64,000 bases of DNA from Glycera tridactyla (lineage: Eukaryota): assembly GCA_965644265.1 (NCBI GenBank), contig OZ286462.1, positions 22,134,001-22,198,000 of the forward strand, written 5' to 3'. The notes beneath the pieces were generated by a model, which was given only the letters and a program-made list of their open reading frames with translations, did not search any database and was not told the origin of the DNA. A program made the position numbers and the translations under genes. The stretch's first letter is position 1; every line of letters begins with the position of its first letter. Of the stretch, positions 49,699-61,959 are shown one piece after another.

Positions 49699-50511
49699 CT
49701 GTGACATGTATACCTAATGAATCATTTATTGTTCCAGGAATGTGATGATGCTGTTTGTGTCTGGGGTGCGAAGTGAGATGCACGGTACCGGGTGTACCCC
49801 GGGATGGGTATGTTAACAGTCAGAATTGTAAAGAGCAAATAATATGGGTGGATTTTTTGGGAATTTTTCTTATCAAACACAAAGTTATTAGTGTATAACT
49901 AGTATGAATGTGGCCTTGTGAAATTTAGAACTGTCTGTGTATGAAATAGGAGGTAACAGTTGAGATGTCCTCGCGAACTTGGATACTCCTCTGGCAACCT
50001 CCAGTGATACACAGTGTCGGGTGTAACCTGTGATAGGTATACTATTACTCGGTTGTTTCTGTATTAATAGTGAGAATAACTATAAATTATAGAAATTGCA
50101 ACTGTATAAATGGTTGGAGTATGACTGTGAATAAAAATGACTATACCAGTTGGGATGTCCTCGCGAACTTGGATACTCTTCTGGATGTGCCCATGCTATC
50201 CGAGTCTGGCTCTGACAAAACCATATGAATTCGAACTTGATTTTAAATTGATTTACATCACCTACCTGCTTAAACGCATATAAATGACATTGTCTAATGA
50301 AAGGAAACAAAATCCCTTCTGCTCAACTCTCTCTATTTTGGGAATTGTAAATAGCAACTAACATTCCGGAATATATATCTGCTACGGAACCTATATTACC
50401 TTATTGATTGTATTGTATATTGTGTGTTGCTGACATAGTCGGCTTATCATCATTAACTCATCTCTTCATTTATCATCACTAGACCCTAATTTTGATAACA
50501 ACTCGAATGTA

Positions 50512-53500
50512 TTGACATCATTTCAACCAAGAATCCACCGACTCCCGAGAAACATCCCACGTATCACTCCAGACTCAATAAAAAATGTTAATAATGCGAA
50601 AGATCTGAAACTATTGAATGGAATAAGCATTGGCTATTTAAACATCAGAAGCGTCATTCAGAAATTGTCAGATATCCATCTACTATTAGAGGAGAGTGGG
50701 CTAAATATTCTAATACTAAGTGAAACCTTTTTAAACTACTCTATCTCTAATGAAGAACTGTACATTCCTGGATATAAGCTGGAAAGATACGATCGTGATG
50801 GTGGGAGTGGAATCAGAGGAGGAGGTGGACTCATGGTCTATTACAGGGAAGACCGTATATTGGAATTTATGATCGATTGGTCTCTTAGTAATATAGATTT
50901 AGAATGTCTATGGATGAAATTGCACCTGCCACATACCCGACCAACCTACATTTGTGGTATTTATCGCCCGCCATCGGGAAATGCTAAAAATGCGATAGAA
51001 ATCGTGGAAAACAAAATCATTGACATTAGTAGCATGGGTGCCAATGATTTGGTGATTTTAGGAGATGACAATCTGGATATATCTAAAGGAGGAGCACCAA
51101 AAAAGATGGTAACCGATTTTTGTTCTTCAAATAAATTAAAACAACTTATTGATATGCCAACGAGGGTTACTGATACTAGCAGCACAAACCTGGATCATAT
51201 TTTCGTGTCAAATTCATTGATGTATAGAATGGGGGGAGCAGTAGACCTGGGCTTATCTGACCATGCGCTCATCTTTACAACACGAAAGAAAGCCAGGCAA
51301 TCTCGGAAAAAAACAAGTCTATACCTGAGAAATTTTAAGAAAGCAAACTATGAGATTATAAACGCAGAAATTGAAAATGTAGATTGGTCGGATGTGTTGA
51401 AAGACAACCTATCTTTAGATGATTGCTCAAAAATGGTCTTTGATATTTTGTGTAATATAGTTCATAGAAATATTCCTATAAAAAGGTATACTGTTAGAGA
51501 AGGAGCTCCAGATTGGGTGACAGGGGAATTTCTAGATTTGATCCGAGAGCGGGAAAAAGCGAGCAATACTTTTAGACTAAACCCAACCCCTGAAAATGCA
51601 ACGAAGAAAAAGGATCTGCTGAAACAGACATGCAAACTTAAAACTTCCTTGCAGAAAACTTATTTTGAAAATAGATTGATTGAGGCAAGAAAGGATACGA
51701 AGTCATTATGGAAAACTATTCGGTATTTCTGGAAGGACAATAAGACAGCAACTAGCATTTCAAAGATTAACGATGAAACAAATCCAGAGACTATCTCACA
51801 GATTCTGAACGAACATTTTGCCGCTGTCGGATCAACCCTAGCTAAATCGATACCCGCTTCGAGTACTGACCCCTTGCATGACTTCCCGTATAACCTTACG
51901 AATACCATGTCACTTAAATTGATTGATACTAGCCATGTTATTGATGCCATTGATAGTTTGAATGTATCAAAGTCGGGAAAAGATGATGGTTTACCAGCAA
52001 GGGTGATTTCAAAATGTAAAATCAGCTTGACCCCTATATTTGTCTACTTGTTTAATAGAAGTATTGTAGAAGGAAAATTTCCCAGCATTTGGAAAACAGC
52101 AACGATCATCCCTCTCTATAAGGAAGGCAGTCGAGCTTGTCCTGGTAATTATAGACCGATAAGCTTACTTTCTACAACAAGCAAATTACTAGAGAGGATA
52201 ATACATGACCAATTATATGGATATATAGAGGGCATGGGTCTACTGTGTCAGGAGCAGTCTGGTTTTAGGAGGGGTCGCTCCACTGGCACTTGCCTGCTCG
52301 AGTTCCTAGACAATATATATCAGGATATTGAGCGGGGGAGTGTCACTGGGGCGATCTTTCTGGATCTTAAGAAGGCTTTTGACACGGTGGACCATGCCCT
52401 CTTATTGAGAAAATTATCACGCTATGGTCTTGATACTACTGCCTGTCTATGGATTGAAGATTATCTGCATAACAGATTCTGTGAAACTCGAGTTAATATG
52501 TATACTTCGTCCAAGCTTGGGGTTGAGTGTGGGGTTCCTCAGGGCTCGATCCTGGGGCCACTGCTCTTCAGTATATATATAAATGACCTTCCGAGTTACT
52601 TGAGGAGCCCCACTCTCTATGATAGTTCAACAACTGATTTTTGTGGCAACCGTGAATCTGTAGATGTTAGCATGAGGCTGTCCACGAAACTATACGCGGA
52701 TGATACTGTGATAAGTCTATCCGAAAATGATCCACAGAGATTGGAAGTCAGACTCAATAGTTTAATTATTTCAGTATCACAGTGGCTAAGCATGAACCGA
52801 CTCTCGTTGAATTTAAAAAAGACCTCGTATATGATTTTTGGACAGCCTCATGTGCTGAAAAACTTTCATGCTTTGAATATAAGCTTAAATGATACCCTGC
52901 TATGTCACCCAGAAACGGTTAAGTACCTCGGTATAATATTAGATCCGAATTTGAGTTTTAAGCACCATGTATCGTATATTAGGAGTAAGACGATTGGAAA
53001 GATTGGTGTACTTGGACGTCTACGCCCAGTGATTAACAGAGATGTTTCTTTGATGTTATATAAAACATTAGTATTGCCCCTTTTTGACTATGGGGATATC
53101 ATCTATAACTGCTTAGGCCAGCGTGACTCATTCAAGCTACAGAGATTACAAAACATGGCCTTAAGATTTGTGGACAGGCGCCCACGTAGATATAGCACAA
53201 AGTTACTTCATTCAAATCTAGAGGTACAGTTCTTGCATGATAGACGAAAAGAACATGAGATTCTACATGTTAAGAAAGAACTTTCTGGAAATTTCACCTC
53301 AGCTCCATTATGTGAGTTAGCAGAGTATGATCATTCACATAGTACACGTGCAAGAACACGACCTTATATTACTCAACCAAAAGTGAAGTACAAGTTGAGT
53401 GAGAAAAACTTCCGAATGAGAGCTGCGATCTCATGGAATGATCATATATCTAAATATCCTGAGAGCTATGATCTCGAGATGCAATCGTTTAAAAACTTTA

Positions 53501-53529
53501 TGAAAGAATTAAGATTTATAAATGCCTAA
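50512..53529 (+). CDS. LINE ORF2p: APE endonuclease + reverse transcriptase
   Basis: GYLNIRS, LSETFL, IYRPP, LGDDN, LDHIF, SDH (endonuclease); NYRPIS, QSGFR, LDLKKAFD, PQGSILGP, YADD, KYLG (RT). 1005 aa uninterrupted. Confidence 0.95.
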   Translation: MTSFQPRIHRLPRNIPRITPDSIKNVNNAKDLKLLNGISIGYLNIRSVIQKLSDIHLLLEESGLNILILSETFLNYSISNEELYIPGYKLERYDRDGGSGIRGGGGLMVYYREDRILEFMIDWSLSNIDLECLWMKLHLPHTRPTYICGIYRPPSGNAKNAIEIVENKIIDISSMGANDLVILGDDNLDISKGGAPKKMVTDFCSSNKLKQLIDMPTRVTDTSSTNLDHIFVSNSLMYRMGGAVDLGLSDHALIFTTRKKARQSRKKTSLYLRNFKKANYEIINAEIENVDWSDVLKDNLSLDDCSKMVFDILCNIVHRNIPIKRYTVREGAPDWVTGEFLDLIREREKASNTFRLNPTPENATKKKDLLKQTCKLKTSLQKTYFENRLIEARKDTKSLWKTIRYFWKDNKTATSISKINDETNPETISQILNEHFAAVGSTLAKSIPASSTDPLHDFPYNLTNTMSLKLIDTSHVIDAIDSLNVSKSGKDDGLPARVISKCKISLTPIFVYLFNRSIVEGKFPSIWKTATIIPLYKEGSRACPGNYRPISLLSTTSKLLERIIHDQLYGYIEGMGLLCQEQSGFRRGRSTGTCLLEFLDNIYQDIERGSVTGAIFLDLKKAFDTVDHALLLRKLSRYGLDTTACLWIEDYLHNRFCETRVNMYTSSKLGVECGVPQGSILGPLLFSIYINDLPSYLRSPTLYDSSTTDFCGNRESVDVSMRLSTKLYADDTVISLSENDPQRLEVRLNSLIISVSQWLSMNRLSLNLKKTSYMIFGQPHVLKNFHALNISLNDTLLCHPETVKYLGIILDPNLSFKHHVSYIRSKTIGKIGVLGRLRPVINRDVSLMLYKTLVLPLFDYGDIIYNCLGQRDSFKLQRLQNMALRFVDRRPRRYSTKLLHSNLEVQFLHDRRKEHEILHVKKELSGNFTSAPLCELAEYDHSHSTRARTRPYITQPKVKYKLSEKNFRMRAAISWNDHISKYPESYDLEMQSFKNFMKELRFINA

Positions 53530-54213
53530 GTAAATTTTTCCAATTATCCAGCTATGAAAAATGAGTAACATAAGTTATCAAATATTGCAAATTATCTGAT
53601 AGTTAGAAACATCAAAATTTGATCAGGGTCAACACCATTCACATCCTATCATTTTCATCTATCATATCATATCATTTGTATATATCATCACTTTTCGTAT
53701 TTGATTGAATGATATGTTGGTCGTCATCCTGAAGATGTGTACTTTATGTGCCCAACTGTACATGGCGAATCTAAATAAACTGTTAAAAACAAAACAAATC
53801 CAGCACCAATCTTCCTATAATCGATTTCTCGTCTGTTAATACCCTGCTGTGTCTCCCATTGTAGCCTCCCATTATAGGGAATGTCCTGAACCCCCATTCC
53901 TTCATAACTCAAGCGTGTCTGACGGCAAAGCTTACCGGCTTCCTTTTTCCCGTAAGCACAATACCGAATTTTGGAACTAGTGTGATCCCCTGACATGTAC
54001 CTTATTTCATCACAAACTCCCAGACAATTACCTTATATTTAACGCTCATGCTTAATTACACTATTATTTCACCCTAACATTGCTCTGTCCAGGATATAAC
54101 GTTGACATGCCAGCTCATGAATACATTAAGTTGGATACGGCCACTCCTCCTTTCACTTTTTGTAACACCCATATTTTATGACCATATACTAAGATAGTCT
54201 TACAATACTATCA

Positions 54214-57200
54214 ATGTCGAACCCATGTGGACACAAATATGTTTTCCCGCTCAATTCTACTTTTGGAGACAGAGATTTCTGCTCTATGTCCTTGTGTAAT
54301 CTGCCTGGCATCTCGCTAGCTGGACTAAATACTTGTAGCCTTGTTAGGAAAGTAGATGAAGTGTCCAGTCTCCTGCTCACCAGCAAGCTAGACTTCCTAT
54401 GTCTTGATGAATCATTCTTAAACTCATCCATCGATGACTCGAGTGGGCCAATCATTATCGAGTTTTCTACCAGTCACTCACGGTGTTCCGCAAGGATCAA
54501 TTCTTGGTCCGCTTTTGTTTATACTTTATGTGAATTCTCTTGAGTCCTGTCTAACCCTGTCGTCGCCTTTTCTCTATGCCGATGACACGGCCTTGCTTGT
54601 ATCTGGCAAGAATATTGATGAAGAAGAACGGAGTCTGAACAGTGACCTGGCAAGAATTTCCACCTGGTTTGCATCACGAAAACTGACATTAAATCTAAAC
54701 AAGTCAAATGTAATGCTATTTGGCACCCACCAACGTCTCCGCATATGCAGAGATCTCGTTGTTACCTATAATGGGCAACGAGTGGAACAGGTTTCATCTT
54801 ATAAGTATCTGGGAGTGGTTCTAGACTCTCATCTTACCTTCAATAACCACGTGGACTATCTAGTCAAGAATGTCAATTTCAGACGCCGCGCTTTATATCA
54901 CATCGGTCCTTCTATTGATTTGAAATTGGCATTGTATCTCTACCAGCATCTACTCCACCCCTTATTTATTTACTTGGATTATATATACGACGCGTGCACC
55001 GAAACCTGCTCCGACAGGCTTCAGGTGGCACAGAATAGGTGTCTCAGCGTGGTAGCCAACTGTGGGTGGACCTACTCAGCCACTCATCTCCATGCTACCC
55101 TTGGAATCAAAACCCTCAAGGAGATACGTGCTTCCAACACCTTAATTGAAGTGTACAGGTGCTTATTTGGCAGTAAAGATACACCCAGCCCCCTCAAGTC
55201 TCATTTCAGTATGAAAAGGCCGCGTGCAAGAGGAGCGAGGACTAGATCGATTAGTACCCTCGAGCTTGGCCCCCAACTTGAAGTTCCTGCCACCAAACTG
55301 AGATTTGCTGAAAGAAATTTTAGAATTAGAGGAGCATATTTTTGGAACCGCTCTGACTTGAAAGTTCGCACTGCTACTTCCCTCAATATGCTCAAACGCA
55401 TTCTTCGCAAATAACGCAGGGCGTCGCCACCACTATTATCTGCTTGTCTTGCCTGAATGCCATTGATGTCATTCTGATATTTGATATACACACTGTGCCA
55501 ACAACGGGCAGGGATACATGTATTCATCATGTAGGTTAGAGATGTAGTGCGTTTGTTTAATCATTACTGCAACTTTGTCATTTGACTACTTGTACATTGT
55601 TATGCTGTGTTTGCGTCTGCATGTAATATGACCAGTATTGGGTCCACTGTAATATTGATCTTACGCAATTAAAAAGATTCAATTCAATTCAATTCAATAC
55701 ACTGAAATTGTAATTCCTGGCTATTACTTTCTACGACAGGATAGAAGGGGTATAGAATGTAAATCGGGGGGAGGGGGTCTAGTAGTTTACTATCAATTCA
55801 AATATAATGTCACCTTAAATGAATCCATAAGCTTCTGCAAGCCCGATATTGAAGTGTTATGCTTCACTCTTCATTCACGCAAAGCACATCCTACACATTT
55901 CTTCGTCATATATAGGCCCCCAGATGGATCATTATCAAATGCCTTGCTTTTATTAGAAAGAACTATCAAAGATCCATCCCTGAAATGTCCCTCAGATATG
56001 ATTTTGATAGGGGATTTGAATGTCAATTCACTTGCCTCGAATAATCACTTAACAAAGACATACTCTCAATTTTAAGACAACCTGGGTCTCACTCAACTGA
56101 TAACTAACTCCAACTCGCATTGCCACAATTGGGACCATATAGCAGTGAATAGAGTCGACTATTACTCACGTCACGGATGCCTCGACCAGGGCATAAGTGA
56201 TCACCTCTTAATTTTTACTACACGCCATCGAATCAAAGTCCCCCCTAAAAGACGCACGAAAGAAACTCGTAACAAGAAACGTCTAAATCATGCCCTATTC
56301 TCTGAAGATCTTAGTCACGCTGACTGGGATATCATCAATGAGAGTCGTAATGTGAATGAAGCCAGTGATAAATTTTCAAATATATTTGTAGACATCATGA
56401 ATAAACATGCGCCCCCAAAAAGCGTTACCGTACAAGTAGATCATCAACCGTGGGTTAACACTGACTACCTTGCAGCTATCGAATATGTCGAGCTGAGATC
56501 CAAATGATACAATTAGCATTTGTTTCTCTATAACCTGCTTATGAAACAAGAAGCGCTCCGTATTAGAAATAGGTTAAAAAAGAAGCTAAAACGTGAATAT
56601 ATCTCAGACTGTTTAACTAGAGCTGGCACTGACACTAAGAAGGTTTGGCACAAAATTCATCGGTTTTGGCCCATGGCACGTAAAGTACATGTCCAACCAT
56701 CAGTTGTGTCCGAGAACAACACTCATAAAGAAAATGTCGTTGCGGAGAACATGAATGAATATCTAACGAAAATTGGGGAAAACTTGGCAGAAAAAAATAC
56801 CTGAAACTGCGTGTCCTTCCAATTTGCGTCCCCTGATTAGCCTAGAAAATAACTTGAAGTTTGATATTGGTCACTTCACGCATCACGAAGTGATGAAAAA
56901 CATATTTCAACTGAGCAATTCCTATTCAAGTGGTCTTGACGAAATAACTAGTTTCTTTCTGAAAATATCGGCGCCTGTAATAAGTCCGGTACTAGCGCAT
57001 ATCTCCAATTTGTCAATAAATGAGGCAGTCTTTGCATCGCAGTGGAAGGATGCTCTTGTCACCTTAATTCACAAGTGTGGCCTGGCGGAAGATTTAGGAA
57101 ATTTCAGACCTATTAGTCTTCTTCCAGATTTGGGGAAATTATTAGAGCGTCTAGTACATCGTAGAATATTTGAGTTCATTAATGTCCACGGTATCCTAGT

Positions 57201-58818
57201 GCCTTCTCAATTTGGGTTCAGAAGGGGGTACTCCGCTGGAACTTGCCTCATGAGCCTCCTCGATAATATCTACCGGGCGGCTGAGGGGGGGGAGAGCGTG
57301 TGGTGTCCTCTTCCTGGACCTGAAGAAGGCCTTCGATACCGTGGACCATAAACTTTTGATAGATGAGTTAGCACAGTTTGGTTTTAGTGATTCCTCAATT
57401 AAATGGGTATCTCCATATCTTGAAGGGCGCAGACAAGCAACCCTTGTAGGCCAATCTATCTCTGAATTATTACCGATTAATTACGGGGTACCTCAGGGAT
57501 CGAATTTAGGTCCTCTGCTTTTTATTTTATACGTGAATTCAATGAGCCTCTGTTCAAAGAATTGTGTACCTTTCCTTTATGCAGACGATAGTGCTTTGCT
57601 AGTTGAAGATAAGACCATTGATCACATTGAAAATGCATTGAATGAAGACCTTCACAGCGTAATGAATTGGTTTAAATCTCGGAAGCTTTCGTTAAATTTG
57701 ACAAAATCCAAAGTTATGGTTTTGGCACTAGTCAACGGCTGAGACTATGCCGTCCCATGAACATCACAATTGATAGTCAACTAGTAGATGAGGTGTACAA
57801 TTACAAGTATTTTGGAATAATTTTAGATGGATCATTAACGTTCAATGATCACATAGACTACATAGTTAATTTCAGAAGGCTTTATTCTACCTTTGACCCT
57901 CAATCAGTCAAGAACTTGCCCTAGAGCTCTACCGAAGTCTCATTCATCCACTCTATTTATATTTAGACTATGTGTATGATGCCTGTACTTCGAATGCTTC
58001 CGATAAATTGCAGGTTTCACAAAATAAATGCTTGGCAGTAATTTTAAAAGCTGGTTTCGCTTACTCAGCAAAGGATTTACACTTGAGTCTCGATGTACAA
58101 CTTCTTAAAGACGAGCGCCGTGAAAACACTATCTTGGAAGTATACCGGGCCATGTACAAAAGTGGTGTCAATAACCCCCTACACAGTTCCTTTTAACCAA
58201 AGAGGGTGCGGGCAGTGGGGTCCCAAACCAGGTCATGTGCAGATGTCCAAACAGCCAATTATCTTGCAGTACCACAATATCGACTACACTTCTCTGATCA
58301 TAATTTCCGGGTCAGGGGGGCCAAAGCGTGGAACGGGTCCAGTGCCCTAATTAGGAATTCCAAATCACTTGGGATCCTTAAACGTTTACTCAGGGGTCCC
58401 AACAGAAATCAGTAACTAGTATTATGTAGATCTACATAGGTGCAGAGTAATGTATCTACATGACCTCCTCTAGGGGACGCTATTCATATTTGCCATCCAA
58501 GTAACTGACCACAGACCCTCTCCACTGTCTGACTTCTGACCACCTACGTCTGTGTGTGAATCTGTGATTGCTGTGTGTTAGCGTACCCCTGACCGCTTTA
58601 TCCCACATCTTGTTCTGCCATTTCCTCTTACAAACTCTATGTGTGTACTCGTTACCCAGTATAAAATCGAAATAACTTTTTGACTTAATTTGGTTATATC
58701 TTTGGTGTACTTACTGCTATGTTTGTGTTAGCACTTAGTATGACCCGGTTGGGTCCCGTGTGAATATCATGTATATGTATCTAACACAATAAAGAATTCT
58801 GTATTCTGTATTCTGTAT
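54214..58818 (+). mobile_element. Older frameshifted CR1/L2-group LINE, split by a nested insertion at 54439-55698
   Basis: The endonuclease start (..ESFLNSSIDD, to 54438) continues at 55701 (TEIVIPGYYFLRQDR..). RT pieces span 56773-58415. Ends in aataaa + (attctgt)n at 58790-58818. Confidence 0.85.
54439..55698 (+). mobile_element. 5'-truncated LINE (RT C-terminal half + 3'UTR + (attca)n tail) nested in the LINE above
   Basis: ORF 54434-55414 carries GVPQGSILGP, YADD and YKYLG. Tail at 55677-55698. The host reading frame rejoins across it. Confidence 0.88.
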
Positions 58819-58819
58819 G

Positions 58820-59224
58820 AGTGACCACCAAGCCCCGAAGCCCTGGGTTGGGTCATGGACCACTATCTGATCCCTGGACATCTCCAACATCATTTATGTC
58901 ATTCCTCTTGGAATATGCAGTCCTGGGACCAAGGCAAGGACTCACCCAATGCAGTTACACCCTTGGACCTGGAAAGGACTATGACCATTTAACAGGGTGG
59001 AAGTGCCCACGTTTACACAATACATATACATCAATAATCACTTCATTGCATTCTGTAAACATCAACACATCATTTATTCATCCGATGATAGTTATTGAAT
59101 GCGAATTACCTTGTATTTATCTGTTTTCGTCACACTGGAGAGGCCATGTGAAATGGCAATTGTACTTGTACATTATCATATGTATGACGAATGAAAATAA
59201 AGTATATCTAATCTAATCTAATCA
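58820..59224 (+). mobile_element. Probable retroelement 3' end with aataaa + (atcta)n tail
   Basis: AT-rich UTR-like sequence ending gaaaataaagtatatctaatctaatctaatc. No coding evidence. Confidence 0.45.
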
Positions 59225-59398
59225 ACTCACATGTCAATCAAAATCTACTCGAACGGTGAACAAATCCCCCAATATTATTAAGGCTGTTCTCCCCATCACA
59301 TAATCTTTCAACAAAAAGACAGTGGTAAAATACACAAGAACTTAAACTCATGGATTGAAGTGGAATCAGATTACACTTGTATCTAGAATTTACATTTG

Positions 59399-59426
59399 TG
59401 CATCATCATCATCATCATCATCAGCT

Positions 59427-59456
<30 letters not shown>
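59399..59456. repeat. Compound (CAT)n(CAG)n microsatellite
   Basis: Directly visible. Confidence 0.95.
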
Positions 59457-59460
<4 letters not shown>

Positions 59461-60168
59461 ATGCTTTGGGCTCACTGACTGGTCCCCTACGGTATAAAGG
59501 ACATCTATGCATCACAAGGCCTCGTTCTCAAGTTGGTGTTATAGCTTCATGCCGACGGCATCTCCTCCCATGCATGCTGCATGGGGTGGAGACATAGCCC
59601 TTGACAGGCAATGGCGTTGGATTCTTTTGTAGACCTGCTCTTCAGAGATCAGGCGAGGACTTCATGAATATATTTTCATTGCAAGCTTGGGCCAGAATTT
59701 TACAATTTGATATCACATCGACCTCGGTGGCATAAAGTTAAGCCATCAACTCCTGATTAGCCACCGGCAAAGGTATGAATATAAGCTGAAAACTGGTTGA
59801 TTCTTTGTTCAGCTGGTTGTTTGGCGTCTCTTGGCCATCTTGGCCTAATGAGATGCACGTGTAACCATCGATTCTCCTCCTGAGTGGCTCGCAATAAATG
59901 GGCATTCATGAAACTTTCGGCGAATTAGATTAAGGAGCTACTACCAGTGAGGAATTCATTCAGCATAGGAACCAATCAATACGGCAACAACCTCAGTTTC
60001 GATTTCTGTCACCTGCACAACCGATTGTTCCAGCGTACATTAAGGAAGTGACATACTTCATATGCATTGATGTGAGACTATGCTGTGCCGAACAAATTGT
60101 CGTCTGGCCGAAAGAGAATGAGTGGTCTCAGTATATCATATATAAGAGTCACTTAATGCTCAACTTGT

Positions 60169-60307
60169 NNNNNNNNNNNNNNNNNNNNNNNNNNNNNNNN
60201 NNNNNNNNNNNNNNNNNNNNNNNNNNNNNNNNNNNNNNNNNNNNNNNNNNNNNNNNNNNNNNNNNNNNNNNNNNNNNNNNNNNNNNNNNNNNNNNNNNNN
60301 NNNNNNN
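60169..60307. other. Assembly gap (N run)
   Basis: 139 Ns. Confidence 1.
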
Positions 60308-60914
60308 ATAAATAGTGGTACTGACTACTGCCTGCATTATTACCATTCGTAATAAGGGCCTGGGTGTATCTGGCTGGTAATTTGGATCAGCGCTATTTCA
60401 ATCAGGACTTGCAAGTGAACTACGATAAAGCAAGTGAGAAACATTCTTAGTTCGGATTTCTCCAGCATTTGAAGATGATAATAATTTGTTTCCATTTTCC
60501 CGAATTTCCCCTCCATTGCCACACATCAGAGTATTCCCTGCATTCATACCTTTCCTTTGCAAAACAGCATCAACAGCAGAGAAAGGCTTGAGAGATTCTA
60601 ACACACACAGTCAAACACACTATCATTCACTCCTACACCCGTTCACTGCTTTCTTATATCCACATACACTGATGTACATATCATAATTTCCAATCTTGCT
60701 CGGAGGCATTTCATGTATGCACCGAATTACATGCACATTTAGTGCAACCAAGTTGTATCCACACTTCTACTCATCACTACATATCGATAATTGCCATGAA
60801 GTAGTGTATAAATAGTCTATTACTTGATCTTAGATATGTTATGCTTTTCTGCTATCTCATATCATTTTTACAATGACATGGACAAAATTCATCATTTTGT
60901 AGCATAAGCTGAAG

Positions 60915-61218
60915 ATGGAGCTCTTGATGTTGATCACACCCTGGATTCTTCTGGTCCCATGTTGTGCTGTTAATTATGCACAAATGAGACAGGTGACATA
61001 TATTCAAACTGCATCCATCGATCAAGAAACATACACCAGCATGTGTCAAATACATCAATGTGCTAGGCAAACTTGTCTACCGGAATGCAGCAGGCTGTGT
61101 CAGAGAATGCAGTGCAACATATATGGAGTCTATTATGGATATTGTGCAATTTGCCCTGGATGTATCAGCAACTCACTAGCCCCAGTGGGACAGACATCTA
61201 TCAAAATCTACAAAAAAG
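60915..61218 (+). CDS. C-type lectin gene copy 3, coding exon 1 (downstream exons not in window)
   Basis: Acceptor cattttgtag ends at 60902, ATG at 60915, 304 nt, donor AAA G|gtgagt. Upstream (about 60560-60900) and intron (to about 61700) sequences are paralogous to copies 1 and 2. Confidence 0.85.
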
Positions 61219-61959
61219 GTGAGTTTCAAATATTTCCCCATTTTGATACACAATCACCTCATCAGGGTTAAACACAGAGCTCACATATTACATGGATTTT
61301 CTCATCGATGTCATTGTCACATGACCGAAGATAGCTATGGTTATGAACTGCTTCACAACACCTGTGAATAAAGGTTTTGCTGGGGCAGAATTCAAATGAT
61401 GGGGGATTGGTCCAGAATGTCATGTGACATTTCATGAGATATTTTATCATGTTGCTTGCATTGATACAAATTGATTCAATATGGTTGCTCTGTTCAACGT
61501 GATTCTGTGTCGACATAAAACAACTTGAACTCTCGAACTGTCAGTAGCTCCATATGTGAAAAAGATATATTTGGCATGACATAATCACTCTCTTTGCTCT
61601 AGATAAATCAAGGAAGTGCTCAGAACTGATCAAAGCTGCAGAATGTAGGGTTCACAGCTCATGATGGTCGTTGGAGGCGTTTCGATCAAAATGGAAGAAA
61701 ACAGCTAATGATTTAGTCTTAGAATAGCTTTTGGTCCCGCCAAATTGACAGGTCGGATGGATGTTTGGATCTGAGTTGACCTCACATTAGAGCCATATGT
61801 GCCATATTGAGTCAGTTGTGGGAAAGCGGACTGAAGCTCATAAGGCTTCATAAGGCTTCATAATGGTTTATCATGGATATGAGCTGTGACAGCTCATTTC
61901 CATTCCACACAGGTATACAAAAAACCAAAATACAAACACCAAATCAGAAAATACTAACA

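Larger units (their letters stand above)
46900..53700 (+). mobile_element. Near-full-length CR1/L2-group LINE with three ORFs (ends approximate)
   Basis: ORF1, an esterase ORF and an uninterrupted EN-RT ORF2 lie in the same orientation. No RNase H or CCHC after RT. Exact 5' and 3' ends were not identified. Confidence 0.88.

Noticed and set aside
59460-60168. Possible retroelement ORF1/gag relic
   Set aside because: No motif I could support, and truncated by a gap.
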